Shown here piece after piece: positions 7,916 through 17,643 of a stretch of DNA of 50,131 nucleotides. The stretch lies in the NCBI GenBank assembly GCA_002345675.1, contig DDWL01000030.1, positions 1 to 50,131 of the forward strand, given 5' to 3'. Position 1 is the first letter of the stretch. Every line of letters begins with the position of its first letter. The notes beneath the pieces are model-generated. The model saw nothing but the letters and a program-made list of their open reading frames with translations, was not told where the DNA came from and made no database searches. Made by a program: the position numbers and the translations under genes. The DNA is from Bacteroidales bacterium UBA2287. Its GTDB lineage: Bacteria; Bacteroidota; Bacteroidia; Bacteroidales; Tenuifilaceae.

Positions 7916-9343
7916 ATGGGACAATACATTGCAGTAGGCATAATTGCCATAGTAGTTTTCACCTTTATTCTTATTGTTTCGCTACTTAAGCGTTACAAGC
8001 GTTGCCCTTCGGACCGTGTGCTTGTTGTGTACGGCAAGGTAGGCAAAAGTAAAACCGACGAATCGCGTTCGGCAAAGTGTATTCACGGTGGCGCAGCCTT
8101 TATTTGGCCAGTAATTCAGGACTACTCGTTCCTTAACCTTACTCCGCTCTCCATCGAAATTAACCTAACCAACGCCCTTAGTCAGCAGAACATTCGTGTC
8201 GATGTGCCTTCGCGTTTTACCGTTGGTATTTCGACCGAGCCAGGCATTATGGATAATGCCGCTGAGCGTTTACTTGGTCTTGCACAAGACGACATTAGCA
8301 ACTTGGCTAAGGATATTATTTTTGGGCAGCTACGTTTGGTGGTTGCCACCATGGAAATTGAGGAAATTAACAACAACCGCGACAAGTTTCTTGCAGCCGT
8401 TTCGGCAAACGTTGAGGCTGAACTCAAGAAAATAGGATTGAAACTTATTAACGTTAACGTTACCGATATTAACGACGAGTCGGGATACATTGAAGCATTA
8501 GGAAAAGAGGCCGCAGCAAAAGCAATAAACGACGCAAAGAAGAGCGTTGCCGAAAAGAATCGTGACGGTGCTATTGGCGAAGCAAACGCACATCGCGACC
8601 AGCGCGTTCAGGTGTCGAGCGCCGATGCTACGGCGGTTGAAGGTGAAAACATGGCAAAAATTACCATTGCCAACTCCAACGCAAAGCGTCGTGAAAACGA
8701 AGCCGAAGCCGAGCGCTTAGCAGTGGCTGCCGAAAAGGTTACCCGTGCAAAAGCTCTCGAAGAAGCATACTCGGCCGAAATGAAGGCCGAAACCGCCCGT
8801 GCCGAGCGCGAAATGGCAACCCAAAAGGCCGACATTGTTGTACCTGCACAAATTAATAAGGAAAAAGTTGAAATTGACGCCGAAGCCATTGCCGAGCAAA
8901 CCCGTAGGGAAGCACGAGGCGAAGCCGACGCTATTTACATGAAAATGGAAGCCGAAGGAAAGGGTATATACGAAATTCTCACCAAGCAAGCCGAAGGTTT
9001 CGAAAGACTTAACAAAGCTGCTGGAAACTCGCGCGATGCTGTAATGATGATGATTGCCGATAAGCTACCCGAACTTGTTAAAACCCAAGTTGAAGCCGTT
9101 AAAAATCTTAAAATCGATAAGGTTACTGTTTGGGACAATATGGGTTCGGGTAAAGATGGGAAAAGTCCTGCAACTGCCAGTTTCCTATCGGGAATGCTGG
9201 GTGCAATTCCTCCATTCGAAGAACTTTTTAAAATGGCTGGAATGGAACTACCTAATTACCTAAAAGGTAAAACCATTGAGGCTGAAACTCCAAAGAAAAA
9301 GATTAAAAAGGATGCTGAGGATATTGAGCCTGTGAAGGAGTAG
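7916..9343 (+). CDS. Flotillin-like SPFH/band-7 protein
   Basis: N-terminal TM segment, SPFH core, and a long Ala/Glu-rich coiled-coil C-terminus typical of FloT/YqiK. Confidence 0.85.
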   Translation: MGQYIAVGIIAIVVFTFILIVSLLKRYKRCPSDRVLVVYGKVGKSKTDESRSAKCIHGGAAFIWPVIQDYSFLNLTPLSIEINLTNALSQQNIRVDVPSRFTVGISTEPGIMDNAAERLLGLAQDDISNLAKDIIFGQLRLVVATMEIEEINNNRDKFLAAVSANVEAELKKIGLKLINVNVTDINDESGYIEALGKEAAAKAINDAKKSVAEKNRDGAIGEANAHRDQRVQVSSADATAVEGENMAKITIANSNAKRRENEAEAERLAVAAEKVTRAKALEEAYSAEMKAETARAEREMATQKADIVVPAQINKEKVEIDAEAIAEQTRREARGEADAIYMKMEAEGKGIYEILTKQAEGFERLNKAAGNSRDAVMMMIADKLPELVKTQVEAVKNLKIDKVTVWDNMGSGKDGKSPATASFLSGMLGAIPPFEELFKMAGMELPNYLKGKTIEAETPKKKIKKDAEDIEPVKE

Positions 9344-9355
9344 CATAAGTAGAAC

Positions 9356-9387
9356 AAAAAGGTCGGCAAAAATTGCCGACCTTTTTC
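9356..9387. terminator. Bidirectional rho-independent terminator
   Basis: AAAAAGGTCGGCAAAAATTGCCGACCTTTTTC, between convergent flotillin and blaR1-like genes. Confidence 0.65.
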
Positions 9388-9492
9388 ATTATTATAGTCA
9401 ATTAAATATTTTTATTCGTCTGATTGTTAGAATTATGCTTAATGATTGTCTGCTTAGTTATTATTTTTATTATCATACATTTGCGCCTTTGC

Positions 9493-9510
9493 TCCCGATA
9501 GTTATCGGGA
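9493..9510. repeat. Solo copy of the palindromic hairpin repeat TCCCGATAGTTATCGGGA
   Basis: Perfect 7-bp arms. The same unit recurs at 37680-37697, 46213-46230 and 50081-50097 (degenerate), and is the split target at 5349/5721. Confidence 0.6.
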
Positions 9511-9557
9511 TCTGCGTGAAACAAAAATTTACCCAAGCATTTTCATTATAACCCTTT

Positions 9558-11528
9558 TTACTTTTTATCTAAATTGAATATTACCGGGAACGTATAGGCA
9601 ACACGAACAGCTTGACCTCGTTGCTTTCCGGGAGTCCATTTCGGCATATTTTCCACCATTCGAACAACTTCGTTGTCGAGCAAGGGGTCAACGCCTCTTT
9701 CAACTTTTACATCGGAAACGCTACCGTCCCTATTTACAATAAACGAAACAAACACTCTCCCCTGAATACCCTTTTCCCTGGCTTCTTTAGGATACTGTAC
9801 ATTTTTTGCAAAGTATTCTCGAACTTCGGTTATGCCTTCGTACGAAAACTTGGGCATTTCTTCAACAACAACAAAAACGGGGTTCTCTTCATCAACTTCT
9901 TCTTTCATAGCCACTTCCTTACTCTCGCTTTTTGTTATCGGAACAACCTTCTCGTCTACCAGCGTTTTATCATCGCATTCTGCGCTAATCCTAGTCTCTA
10001 AAAAATATAAACCAACCACATAATCTTCATCAATTTTTGTTTCGGAAACCGAAAGATTGTAAGTGGTTGTTTCATCGCATTCATAATCAACATAGCTATA
10101 CCCTTTCGCTTTGTTAACTTTATTAAAAGTAACAAGTTTTGGCTCTTCATATTTTTTACTTTTATGAAGAATTAAACTTTTTTCAACCATGCGCTCCTCA
10201 TGCGCTCCAACTAAATAAAATCTGTAGACTATTCCATTTTTAAGAATAACCGAATAGCCCTTGTTAAAATTATTTGCTGCAAAAAGAAAATCCTTTAAGT
10301 AAGTTTCATTCCCAGCTACTTTCTTAAGCCGAGCAACCATTTTAACAGTTTGCTCCTTTTCCTTTTGATGTTGAAGTGCTAAGTTCTCATTCGGCACAAT
10401 ATCTGCGGGGCTTAAACGTGGGCTACTTATCGTACTAATTTCAGTAAGGGGTTCGTTTTTTGTTTGGGCGAAATCGTTCCCTTCAGATTTTTCGGGCGCA
10501 TCAATTTTTTCTTCAGTTGGTAACAATGCATTGCTTTCAACAATTTCGCTATTACTTAGCAAATTGGCTTCAAAACTGGGTTCAATTTTTGGAATTTCAA
10601 CGTAGCGAAACTCAGTTCGAAACGACATTAGCGCAACAAGAGCTCCAACAATTGGCAGTATGGCTAAGTACCTTACAAGTACTCTTTTGGTCATTTTATT
10701 TTTTGTCATCATGGCAAATCGGTTTTTAATTAGTTTGGCACTAAATGCATTGGCAACCTTTGGCGCTATGGCATTCGAAACGCAGTCGAGTATTAGCTGT
10801 TGGTAAGCATACTTGCTTACTCCGCCACTAACCACTTGTAAATCGGCTAGGTACTCGTGCACTTCACACATATCCTTTTTTAAAAGGTACGCAATTGGGT
10901 TAAACCAATGAATAACTTGAAAGAGTTCGGCCAAAAGAAGGTCGAGCGAATGGAGCTGCTTTACATGCGCAAGTTCGTGCGCTAAAAGCAAACTATTTTC
11001 ACTCCGCAGGTAGTCGCTTTCGGTTAAAACTATAATTCCAAAAAACGAAAAGGTTTGATCCCAGTAATTCGAAACCACAACCTTTACCCCATTTATTTTT
11101 TCAATTCGTGAGTGTTTTGAAAGAGTAACAACAAATTGAACAAGTTGAACAAGCAACCTAAGGAAAAACGCACTGCTTATAAATAGGTATAGGTAAAAAA
11201 TTAAATTGGTTAAGTTTGCTTTACTCCAAAACGCTCCCGAAGGTTCAGCGCCTTCAATTTCAACACTTTCAACATGCATATTTACGTTACTTGCAGCATC
11301 GAGCGCAGGAATTTCGACAGTTTGATAACTGGTAATTGTTAGCAAAGGAAATAGAAGGGAGAAGGCAATAAGAAATAAAAGATAGATGCGATTTGCTGTA
11401 AAAAGTTGATTTTTACGGAACAGTATATAGTATAGCCCGTAGAGAATGGTAAAAACACCACTCGACTTTAGCAAGTAAGCCAGCAAACTATGTATTTCCA
11501 TCGCTTTCTCCCTCCTTACGTTTTTCAA
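9558..11528 (-). CDS. BlaR1-like M56 peptidase fused to a TonB C-terminal domain
   Basis: HEXXH motif 'HELAHVKQLH', four N-terminal TM helices, and a C-terminal TonB-C domain ('GVDPLLDNEVVRMV...PKWTPGKQRGQAVRVAYTFPVIF'). Confidence 0.8.
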   Translation of the reverse strand: MKNVRREKAMEIHSLLAYLLKSSGVFTILYGLYYILFRKNQLFTANRIYLLFLIAFSLLFPLLTITSYQTVEIPALDAASNVNMHVESVEIEGAEPSGAFWSKANLTNLIFYLYLFISSAFFLRLLVQLVQFVVTLSKHSRIEKINGVKVVVSNYWDQTFSFFGIIVLTESDYLRSENSLLLAHELAHVKQLHSLDLLLAELFQVIHWFNPIAYLLKKDMCEVHEYLADLQVVSGGVSKYAYQQLILDCVSNAIAPKVANAFSAKLIKNRFAMMTKNKMTKRVLVRYLAILPIVGALVALMSFRTEFRYVEIPKIEPSFEANLLSNSEIVESNALLPTEEKIDAPEKSEGNDFAQTKNEPLTEISTISSPRLSPADIVPNENLALQHQKEKEQTVKMVARLKKVAGNETYLKDFLFAANNFNKGYSVILKNGIVYRFYLVGAHEERMVEKSLILHKSKKYEEPKLVTFNKVNKAKGYSYVDYECDETTTYNLSVSETKIDEDYVVGLYFLETRISAECDDKTLVDEKVVPITKSESKEVAMKEEVDEENPVFVVVEEMPKFSYEGITEVREYFAKNVQYPKEAREKGIQGRVFVSFIVNRDGSVSDVKVERGVDPLLDNEVVRMVENMPKWTPGKQRGQAVRVAYTFPVIFNLDKK

Positions 11529-11883
11529 TTTCCTTTTCGAGCAGCAGCTTCAATTCCTCCAATTCGCTAAGGCTTACATCTCGATCCGAGGCAAAGAACG
11601 AGGCGAAACGCTTAACCGAACTGTTGAAGTGCTTTGTTAGTACATGGCGAAAACTCAATCGTGCATACTCTTTAACCGACACTAACGGGTAGTACTGATG
11701 ATTTTTTCCGTAGGCAGTGTATCCAACCATGCCCTTCTTCTCGAGTATCCGGACCATGGTCGAAACGGTAGTGTACGCTGGCTTGGGCTCAGGAAACTCG
11801 TCGAGAATTTCCTTTACGAAAGCCCTTTCGAGCTTCCACAAATACTCCATTACCTGCTCTTCTGCTTTTGTTAACTCTTTCAT
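11488..11883 (-). CDS. BlaI/MecI/CopY family repressor
   Basis: wHTH 'EQVMEYLWKLERAFVKEILDEF...YTTVSTMVRILEKKGMV'. Overlaps the downstream blaR1-like gene by 41 nt. Confidence 0.8.
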   Translation of the reverse strand: MKELTKAEEQVMEYLWKLERAFVKEILDEFPEPKPAYTTVSTMVRILEKKGMVGYTAYGKNHQYYPLVSVKEYARLSFRHVLTKHFNSSVKRFASFFASDRDVSLSELEELKLLLEKEIEKRKEGESDGNT

Positions 11884-12102
11884 AGTACAAATATAACTAA
11901 GGTTTTTAGTTACACAACTAAATTACATAGTTTTTAATACAAAAAACGCCTATTGCCTATATATCATGTAATTACAAAACCCCAAGAGTCCATTTTTAAA
12001 TTTCTTTCTAAAATAACTTTAAATGTTTTATGGAAAAACATTCCTCCTGCATCATGGTATTACAACCAGACACAAATTTACTAACCTTTAAAACGTAAAA
12101 CC

Positions 12103-12786
12103 ATGAAATCGAAAAATCCGAAAGCCGACCTCGAGAAGAGCAAGTCTCTTTTCTTTCAAATTGGGTTAATTGCAGCCCTATCTCTATCGCTACTGGCGTT
12201 CGAATGGAAAAGCAATGGTAATCTTAACAATTTGAAGCCAAATGGAGATGACCCCGTAATTGAAGTAATTGAACTACCTACACCAATAATCGACAAGGAA
12301 CCTCCTAAACCGATTATTATTCCAAAAATCCCTGAGGTTATAAACATTGTACCCGACGAATATGAACCGAAGGATGAACCAATTATTTGGGAACCAACTG
12401 ATGAAGATTTACCAAGCATCCTTCCATATCGTGACCCTACCGAAGATGTGGAGGATCCCGACGAAGTGGTTCCTTTCGTTAATATCGAAGACAAACCTAC
12501 TTTTATGGGCAAACCTTACAACGAATTTTCGCGCTACATTGGTCGTAACTTAAAGTATCCCAAATTACCTGCACAAAACGGCATTCAAGGAATGGTAGTA
12601 ATTGAGTTTGTTGTCGACACCGACGGATCGGTTACCAAAGTTCGGGTTTTAAAGGGAGTTGACCCCCTGCTCGACCAAGAAGCAGTAAGAGTTGTAAGCT
12701 CATCGCCAAAGTGGGAGCCTGGCCGTCAGCGCAACAAGCCTGCAAGAGTTAGCTTTACCTTCCCAATCTATTTTCGCTTAAGCTAA
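12103..12786 (+). CDS. tonB: TonB family energy transducer
   Basis: N-terminal TM anchor, Pro-rich spacer, and a TonB-C domain nearly identical to that of the blaR1-like protein. Confidence 0.8.
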   Translation: MKSKNPKADLEKSKSLFFQIGLIAALSLSLLAFEWKSNGNLNNLKPNGDDPVIEVIELPTPIIDKEPPKPIIIPKIPEVINIVPDEYEPKDEPIIWEPTDEDLPSILPYRDPTEDVEDPDEVVPFVNIEDKPTFMGKPYNEFSRYIGRNLKYPKLPAQNGIQGMVVIEFVVDTDGSVTKVRVLKGVDPLLDQEAVRVVSSSPKWEPGRQRNKPARVSFTFPIYFRLS

Positions 12787-12810
12787 TCTACCTTGTAATT
12801 ACTAATGGTT

Positions 12811-12846
12811 AAACCCAAGGGCAATATTCCTTGGGTTTCTTTTTTT
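12811..12846 (+). terminator. Rho-independent terminator
   Basis: AAACCCAAGG-loop-CCTTGGGTTT followed by T8. Confidence 0.7.
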
Positions 12847-12957
12847 GAAATAATTATTGCCTGCTAAGGTTAATTTTATTGAGTTTACCAATAATTAGCT
12901 TTATAGAAACTCAAAAAATAGCAAGATTTTACTATTTTTGAATCCCAGCAATTTAAA

Positions 12958-14046
12958 ATGAGTAAAAACACCGAACCTATTGCAAGCGAAAATCCCCTTC
13001 AGAAAATGAAGGTTGGCAGAGCGTTATATCCTATTATTATTGGATTAGGCGTTGTTGGGTATATGTTTTACCGAGAATTCGACCCCGAAGCACTAAAAAT
13101 TATACGATTTAACAACTGGAGTTTTTTTTGGCTTGGCATTGCCATTGTCCTTATGGCTTTTAGGGATCTTGGGTACATGGTTAGGCTACGAATTCTTACA
13201 CGAAAAAAATTTTCATGGGTACAATCGTTTCGTGTTATCATGCTTTGGGAGTTTACTTCGGCAATTACACCCTCGGCAATTGGAGGAACAAGCATCGCAA
13301 TTCTTTATGTTAATAAAGAAGGGCTAAGCGTTGGGCGCAGTTCGGCTGTTGTTATGGCCACTTCGTTTCTCGATGAGCTGTACTTTATTATCACATTTCC
13401 GCTACTACTTCTTATAGTAAAATCGAGTGTTCTGTTTGGCATTTCGGGGCACGAAGGCGAAATTAGCTTCTCGAACGAGCTTTTTCTTTTTGCAATTGTA
13501 GGTTACAGCCTAAAGTTAGCTTATGTTTTAGTTATTTCGTATGGCCTTTTTATTAACCCCAGAGGTTTAAAGTGGCTAATACTTATGATTTTCAAACTAC
13601 CATTTCTGCGAAAATGGAAACAAGGTGCAAACAATGCTGGCACCGAAATAATTGAAAGTTCGAAGGATTTTCGCCAAATGCCTTTTGTGTTTTGGCTTAA
13701 AGCCTTTGGCGCCACTGCGCTATCGTGGACTTCGCGCTACTGGGTTGCCAATGCGCTGCTGCTGGCTTTCTTTGCCACAACCGATCAGTTTCTCATTTTT
13801 GCCCGTCAGCTGGTAATGTGGATAATGATGCTTGTTAGTCCAACTCCCGGAGGTAGCGGCTTTGCCGAGTTTGTTTTTGCTCGCTACCTTGGCGAATTTA
13901 TACCTGTTCAACCTGCACTTTTAGGAGCCGTTGCAATTGCCATGGCATTAATTTGGCGTACTGCAACATATTACCCTTACCTTTTCATTGGCGCAATTAT
14001 TTTCCCGCGGTGGATAAAGCGAAATTTCGGTAAACCGAAGCAGTAA
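12958..14046 (+). CDS. Flippase-like (LPG-synthase-TM/UPF0104) membrane protein
   Basis: Polytopic, with the conserved C-terminal 'PTPGGSGFAEF' motif of the MprF-flippase-like family. Confidence 0.6.
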   Translation: MSKNTEPIASENPLQKMKVGRALYPIIIGLGVVGYMFYREFDPEALKIIRFNNWSFFWLGIAIVLMAFRDLGYMVRLRILTRKKFSWVQSFRVIMLWEFTSAITPSAIGGTSIAILYVNKEGLSVGRSSAVVMATSFLDELYFIITFPLLLLIVKSSVLFGISGHEGEISFSNELFLFAIVGYSLKLAYVLVISYGLFINPRGLKWLILMIFKLPFLRKWKQGANNAGTEIIESSKDFRQMPFVFWLKAFGATALSWTSRYWVANALLLAFFATTDQFLIFARQLVMWIMMLVSPTPGGSGFAEFVFARYLGEFIPVQPALLGAVAIAMALIWRTATYYPYLFIGAIIFPRWIKRNFGKPKQ

Positions 14047-14281
14047 TTACCACTTCGCTCTTACACCAAATTGTGTAATTTTCTCTTAAAACATTAAGGA
14101 AACACTCTTCGGGCTAAAACACTAAACTCATTATGCTCGCGACTATTAAAATTCAACTCTTAAATAGAGGTTGATGAACTTTAATGCAACATGTTCGTAT
14201 AATTCAACTAAAATAAATTATGTTTGCCCCCCTGCCTTAAAAAAGCAATGGAAATAAATCGAACACTATAAAATTCAAATT

Positions 14282-16528
14282 ATGAAGAAAATTTTTATTC
14301 TTTCGCTTGTACTCTCTGGATTCGCCGCTCTAGTTTCAGCACAAAATACAATACTCGAAGCCCGCGGAATGGCTGTTGGCACTGTTGTAACCTTAAAAGG
14401 ACTAGTAACCAACGGAAGCGAGCTGGGATCGATTCGCTATTTTCAGGATAATACTGCCGGCATTGCTGCCTATGGGTCGTTGGTTAATTCGGTTAACCTA
14501 GGCGACTCGGTTACAATTACTGGCACACTTAAAAATTACTACGGATTGCTTGAACTCGATCCATTATCGAATGTTACTATTCGATCAACAGGAAACAATA
14601 GCCCAGAACCAATTGTACTAACTCCTGCTCAAATTGGAGAAACACACGAAAGCAGGCTCGTTAAAATTAACAATGCAATATTTGCCGATGCTGGCACCCC
14701 TTTTACAGCACCAAAAAAATACACGTTTACTGCCAACGGAGAAACTGGGTATTTGTACGTTAACACGGGGCAAGATCTTGTTGGACAAAATGTTCCCATC
14801 GGGCTAGTAAATATAACAGCCATACTATCGCAACGTACATATACAGGTTCAGGGGGGTACCAAATTTTACCTCGCACCATGGCCGACCTTCAAATGGCAA
14901 GTTCAATTTATTTAAACAGTTCGCTTAACAACACAAACGTAACCCAAAGCGAATTAGATTTTAGCTGGACAACCAATATTGCTGGCACAACCGAAATGTT
15001 TTACGGGCTTTCGCCCGAAACCGTAAGAGAAAACCAATCGGCAGGCACAGGTGGAAGCACTAGCCACACCATTTCGCTATCGAGCCTACCTACAGGCGAT
15101 GTTATTTGGGTTCAGGCTTTTTCGGTTAGCGAAAGCGACACTGCGTTTTCGGGAATTACTCCCTTTGTAACAATTTCAAACTCTACCGGAGACATAAAGG
15201 TTTACTTTAATACGCCCGTTAACCACTCGTATTCAAATGGGGTAAATGCCACTTACCTGTACCAAGCTATCGACGATACACTTATAAAGCACATAAGCAG
15301 AGCTAAGTACACCATCGATTTAGCCATTTACAATTTTAACAACGATGGCATTAGCAATATTAGCAATGCGCTAAATGCAGCAGCAGCACGAGGGGTCGTT
15401 TGTCGAATAATTGGCTGTGGAACATCGGCAAACCTAGGAATTGGCGAACTTACAGGAACAAACATGAACACGCTAATTGGGCCTGGCAGCTCTGGTCGCA
15501 GCGGCTTAATGCATAATAAATTCTTTCTTTTCGACACCGAATCGACCGATGCAAACGACCCAATTGTTTGGACTGGCTCCACAAATCTAACCAGCGGCAA
15601 CATTAATCTCGACGCCAATAACGTAATTATTATTCAGGACCAGAGTTTGGCACGCGCCTATAAAATTGAATTTGAAGAAATGTGGGGTTCAACAAGCAAT
15701 TCGCCTAATGCATCGAAAGCCCGTTTCGGCTCATTCAAAACGAACAACACACCTCACGAATTTATTATAAATGGTAAAAGGGTCGAGAGTTACTTTAGTC
15801 CAACCGACGGGGTTAACTCAAAAATTGTTCAAACAGTTGCCACTTCAAATAACGATTTGAGCATTGCCACCATGCTACTTACCCGCGACGAAATTGCCAG
15901 CGCCATTGCATCGAGCCATGCAAGCGGTAGTGCGACAAATATGCTTACCAATGCTCAGGGAAATAACGGAACAACTGTGAATGCAACCCTGCTTGGTGCA
16001 CTTGGTGTCAGCCATTACGTTTTTTATTCGGGAACGTCGGGGGTAATGCATAACAAGTATATGATTGTTGACCAAGGCGCAGTTGACTCGGATCCCATGG
16101 TTTTTACCGGCTCGCACAACTGGAGCGCTGCTGCCGACAACGATAACGATGAAAATTCGCTAATAATTCACGATGCAACCATAGCCAATATTTACTACCA
16201 AAACTTTGTGCATCTTTTCACTTCGAATAACGGAGTATTAACAGAAATCGAATCTCCAGTAAATTTTAGCAACAACCAATTAGCAGTTTTCCCTAATCCT
16301 GTTAAGGACAACCATTTTACCGTATCGTTCTCCAATTCGGTTAACGAGACTGGAACCATTCAACTTATCGACATTACTGGAAAAGTAGTACATACCAGCT
16401 CTGTTAAAATAAGGAGCGGCGACAATTCCTTTGGTTTCAATATACCAAATTCGAGCAAAGGATTTTACATTCTTCGCATTTCAACTGCAAGCAGAGTGTT
16501 GAACCACAAGGTTCTTGTTGAACAATAA
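14282..16528 (+). CDS. Secreted PLD-superfamily protein (2x HKD) with a T9SS C-terminal sorting domain
   Basis: Signal peptide, N-terminal OB-like beta domain, two HxKx4D motifs ('HNKFFLFD', 'HNKYMIVD'), and a C-terminal ~80-aa Por-secretion CTD. Confidence 0.7.
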   Translation: MKKIFILSLVLSGFAALVSAQNTILEARGMAVGTVVTLKGLVTNGSELGSIRYFQDNTAGIAAYGSLVNSVNLGDSVTITGTLKNYYGLLELDPLSNVTIRSTGNNSPEPIVLTPAQIGETHESRLVKINNAIFADAGTPFTAPKKYTFTANGETGYLYVNTGQDLVGQNVPIGLVNITAILSQRTYTGSGGYQILPRTMADLQMASSIYLNSSLNNTNVTQSELDFSWTTNIAGTTEMFYGLSPETVRENQSAGTGGSTSHTISLSSLPTGDVIWVQAFSVSESDTAFSGITPFVTISNSTGDIKVYFNTPVNHSYSNGVNATYLYQAIDDTLIKHISRAKYTIDLAIYNFNNDGISNISNALNAAAARGVVCRIIGCGTSANLGIGELTGTNMNTLIGPGSSGRSGLMHNKFFLFDTESTDANDPIVWTGSTNLTSGNINLDANNVIIIQDQSLARAYKIEFEEMWGSTSNSPNASKARFGSFKTNNTPHEFIINGKRVESYFSPTDGVNSKIVQTVATSNNDLSIATMLLTRDEIASAIASSHASGSATNMLTNAQGNNGTTVNATLLGALGVSHYVFYSGTSGVMHNKYMIVDQGAVDSDPMVFTGSHNWSAAADNDNDENSLIIHDATIANIYYQNFVHLFTSNNGVLTEIESPVNFSNNQLAVFPNPVKDNHFTVSFSNSVNETGTIQLIDITGKVVHTSSVKIRSGDNSFGFNIPNSSKGFYILRISTASRVLNHKVLVEQ

Positions 16529-16655
16529 AATTGAAGTATTGGTAATTTGAGAAAATGTTTGGCGTGAGAAAAACCTCACGCCATTCTCATAGAATCGAAT
16601 AATTCGTTGGCTATTGAAAACTTGAAACTCTGCCTCTCTTAGTTCAACCCAACAT

Positions 16656-16684
16656 AAAAAAAGGGTTGCAAAGCGCAACCCCTA
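16656..16684 (-). terminator. Rho-independent terminator of purQ
   Basis: GGGTTGC-AAAGC-GCAACCC flanked by an A-run (a T-run on the - strand). A second hairpin at 16561-16582 lies downstream of the PLD gene. Confidence 0.6.
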
Positions 16685-16708
16685 ATATTTTGAACTAACA
16701 CTTAGCAG

Positions 16709-17407
16709 CTACTTCTTCTCATCAATAAATTTAAGTAGCGATTCGAAAACCAAGCGCCCATCGGTATTGCCCAACTCGTCGTCGGCTGCTCGTTCGGGGT
16801 GAGGCATCATGCCAAAAACATTCATGCCCTCGTTACAAACACCTGCAATATTTTCGATGGAACCATTTGGGTTAACTGTTTCGGAAACATTTCCACTTTC
16901 GTCGCAGTAGCGAAATAAAATTTGGTTGTTAATACGCATTTGCGCAAGGGTGTCCTTATCGGCGTAGTAACGGCCTTCGCCATGGGCAATTGGAATTTTT
17001 AGCGCCCTATTGCGGGGAAGGAATGCTGTTGGAGCTGCCGATTTGCTATCGGGTAAAATGTAAGTGTTTTTGCATTCAAATTTTTGAGAATTATTGTGAA
17101 GCAGGGCGCCGGGTAAAAGACCAGCCTCGCAAAGTATTTGAAAGCCATTGCAAACACCAAAAACATAGCCTCCATTATTGGCAAATTCAATTACCTTAAC
17201 CATAATTGGCGAAAAGCGAGCCAAGGCGCCAGAGCGAAGGTAGTCGCCATACGAAAAACCGCCGGGCAGAACCACAACATCAACCCCTTGCAAGTCGGAG
17301 TCCTTATGCCACAATTCAACAACTTCATGTTCCATTATATTTGTAAGAACATAAATCATGTCCTTATCGCAATTCGACCCTGGAAAAATAACTACACCAA
17401 ATTTCAT
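16709..17407 (-). CDS. purQ: Phosphoribosylformylglycinamidine synthase subunit PurQ
   Basis: Class-I glutamine amidotransferase. 'MKFGVVIFPGSNCDKD...VLPGGFSYGDYL' is typical of PurQ. Confidence 0.9.
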   Translation of the reverse strand: MKFGVVIFPGSNCDKDMIYVLTNIMEHEVVELWHKDSDLQGVDVVVLPGGFSYGDYLRSGALARFSPIMVKVIEFANNGGYVFGVCNGFQILCEAGLLPGALLHNNSQKFECKNTYILPDSKSAAPTAFLPRNRALKIPIAHGEGRYYADKDTLAQMRINNQILFRYCDESGNVSETVNPNGSIENIAGVCNEGMNVFGMMPHPERAADDELGNTDGRLVFESLLKFIDEKK

Positions 17408-17643
17408 AATTGTATCGCATTGAATGTTCGAACAAAGATATGTATAAATTACATTTCAGCAAAAAGTAACACAACGCCTGTTTGCAACAGACTTGATTTT
17501 CCAAGATGTATTTCAACGCGATATGAACACAAAAAACCGGGATTTTAAATACTGTTTGTTTTTCTAAAAATTAAGCTGAATAACACATTCGTTTTGTATT
17601 GTTGCTGAATTTTAAAGATATATTTTTGCAAAAAATTAACTGC

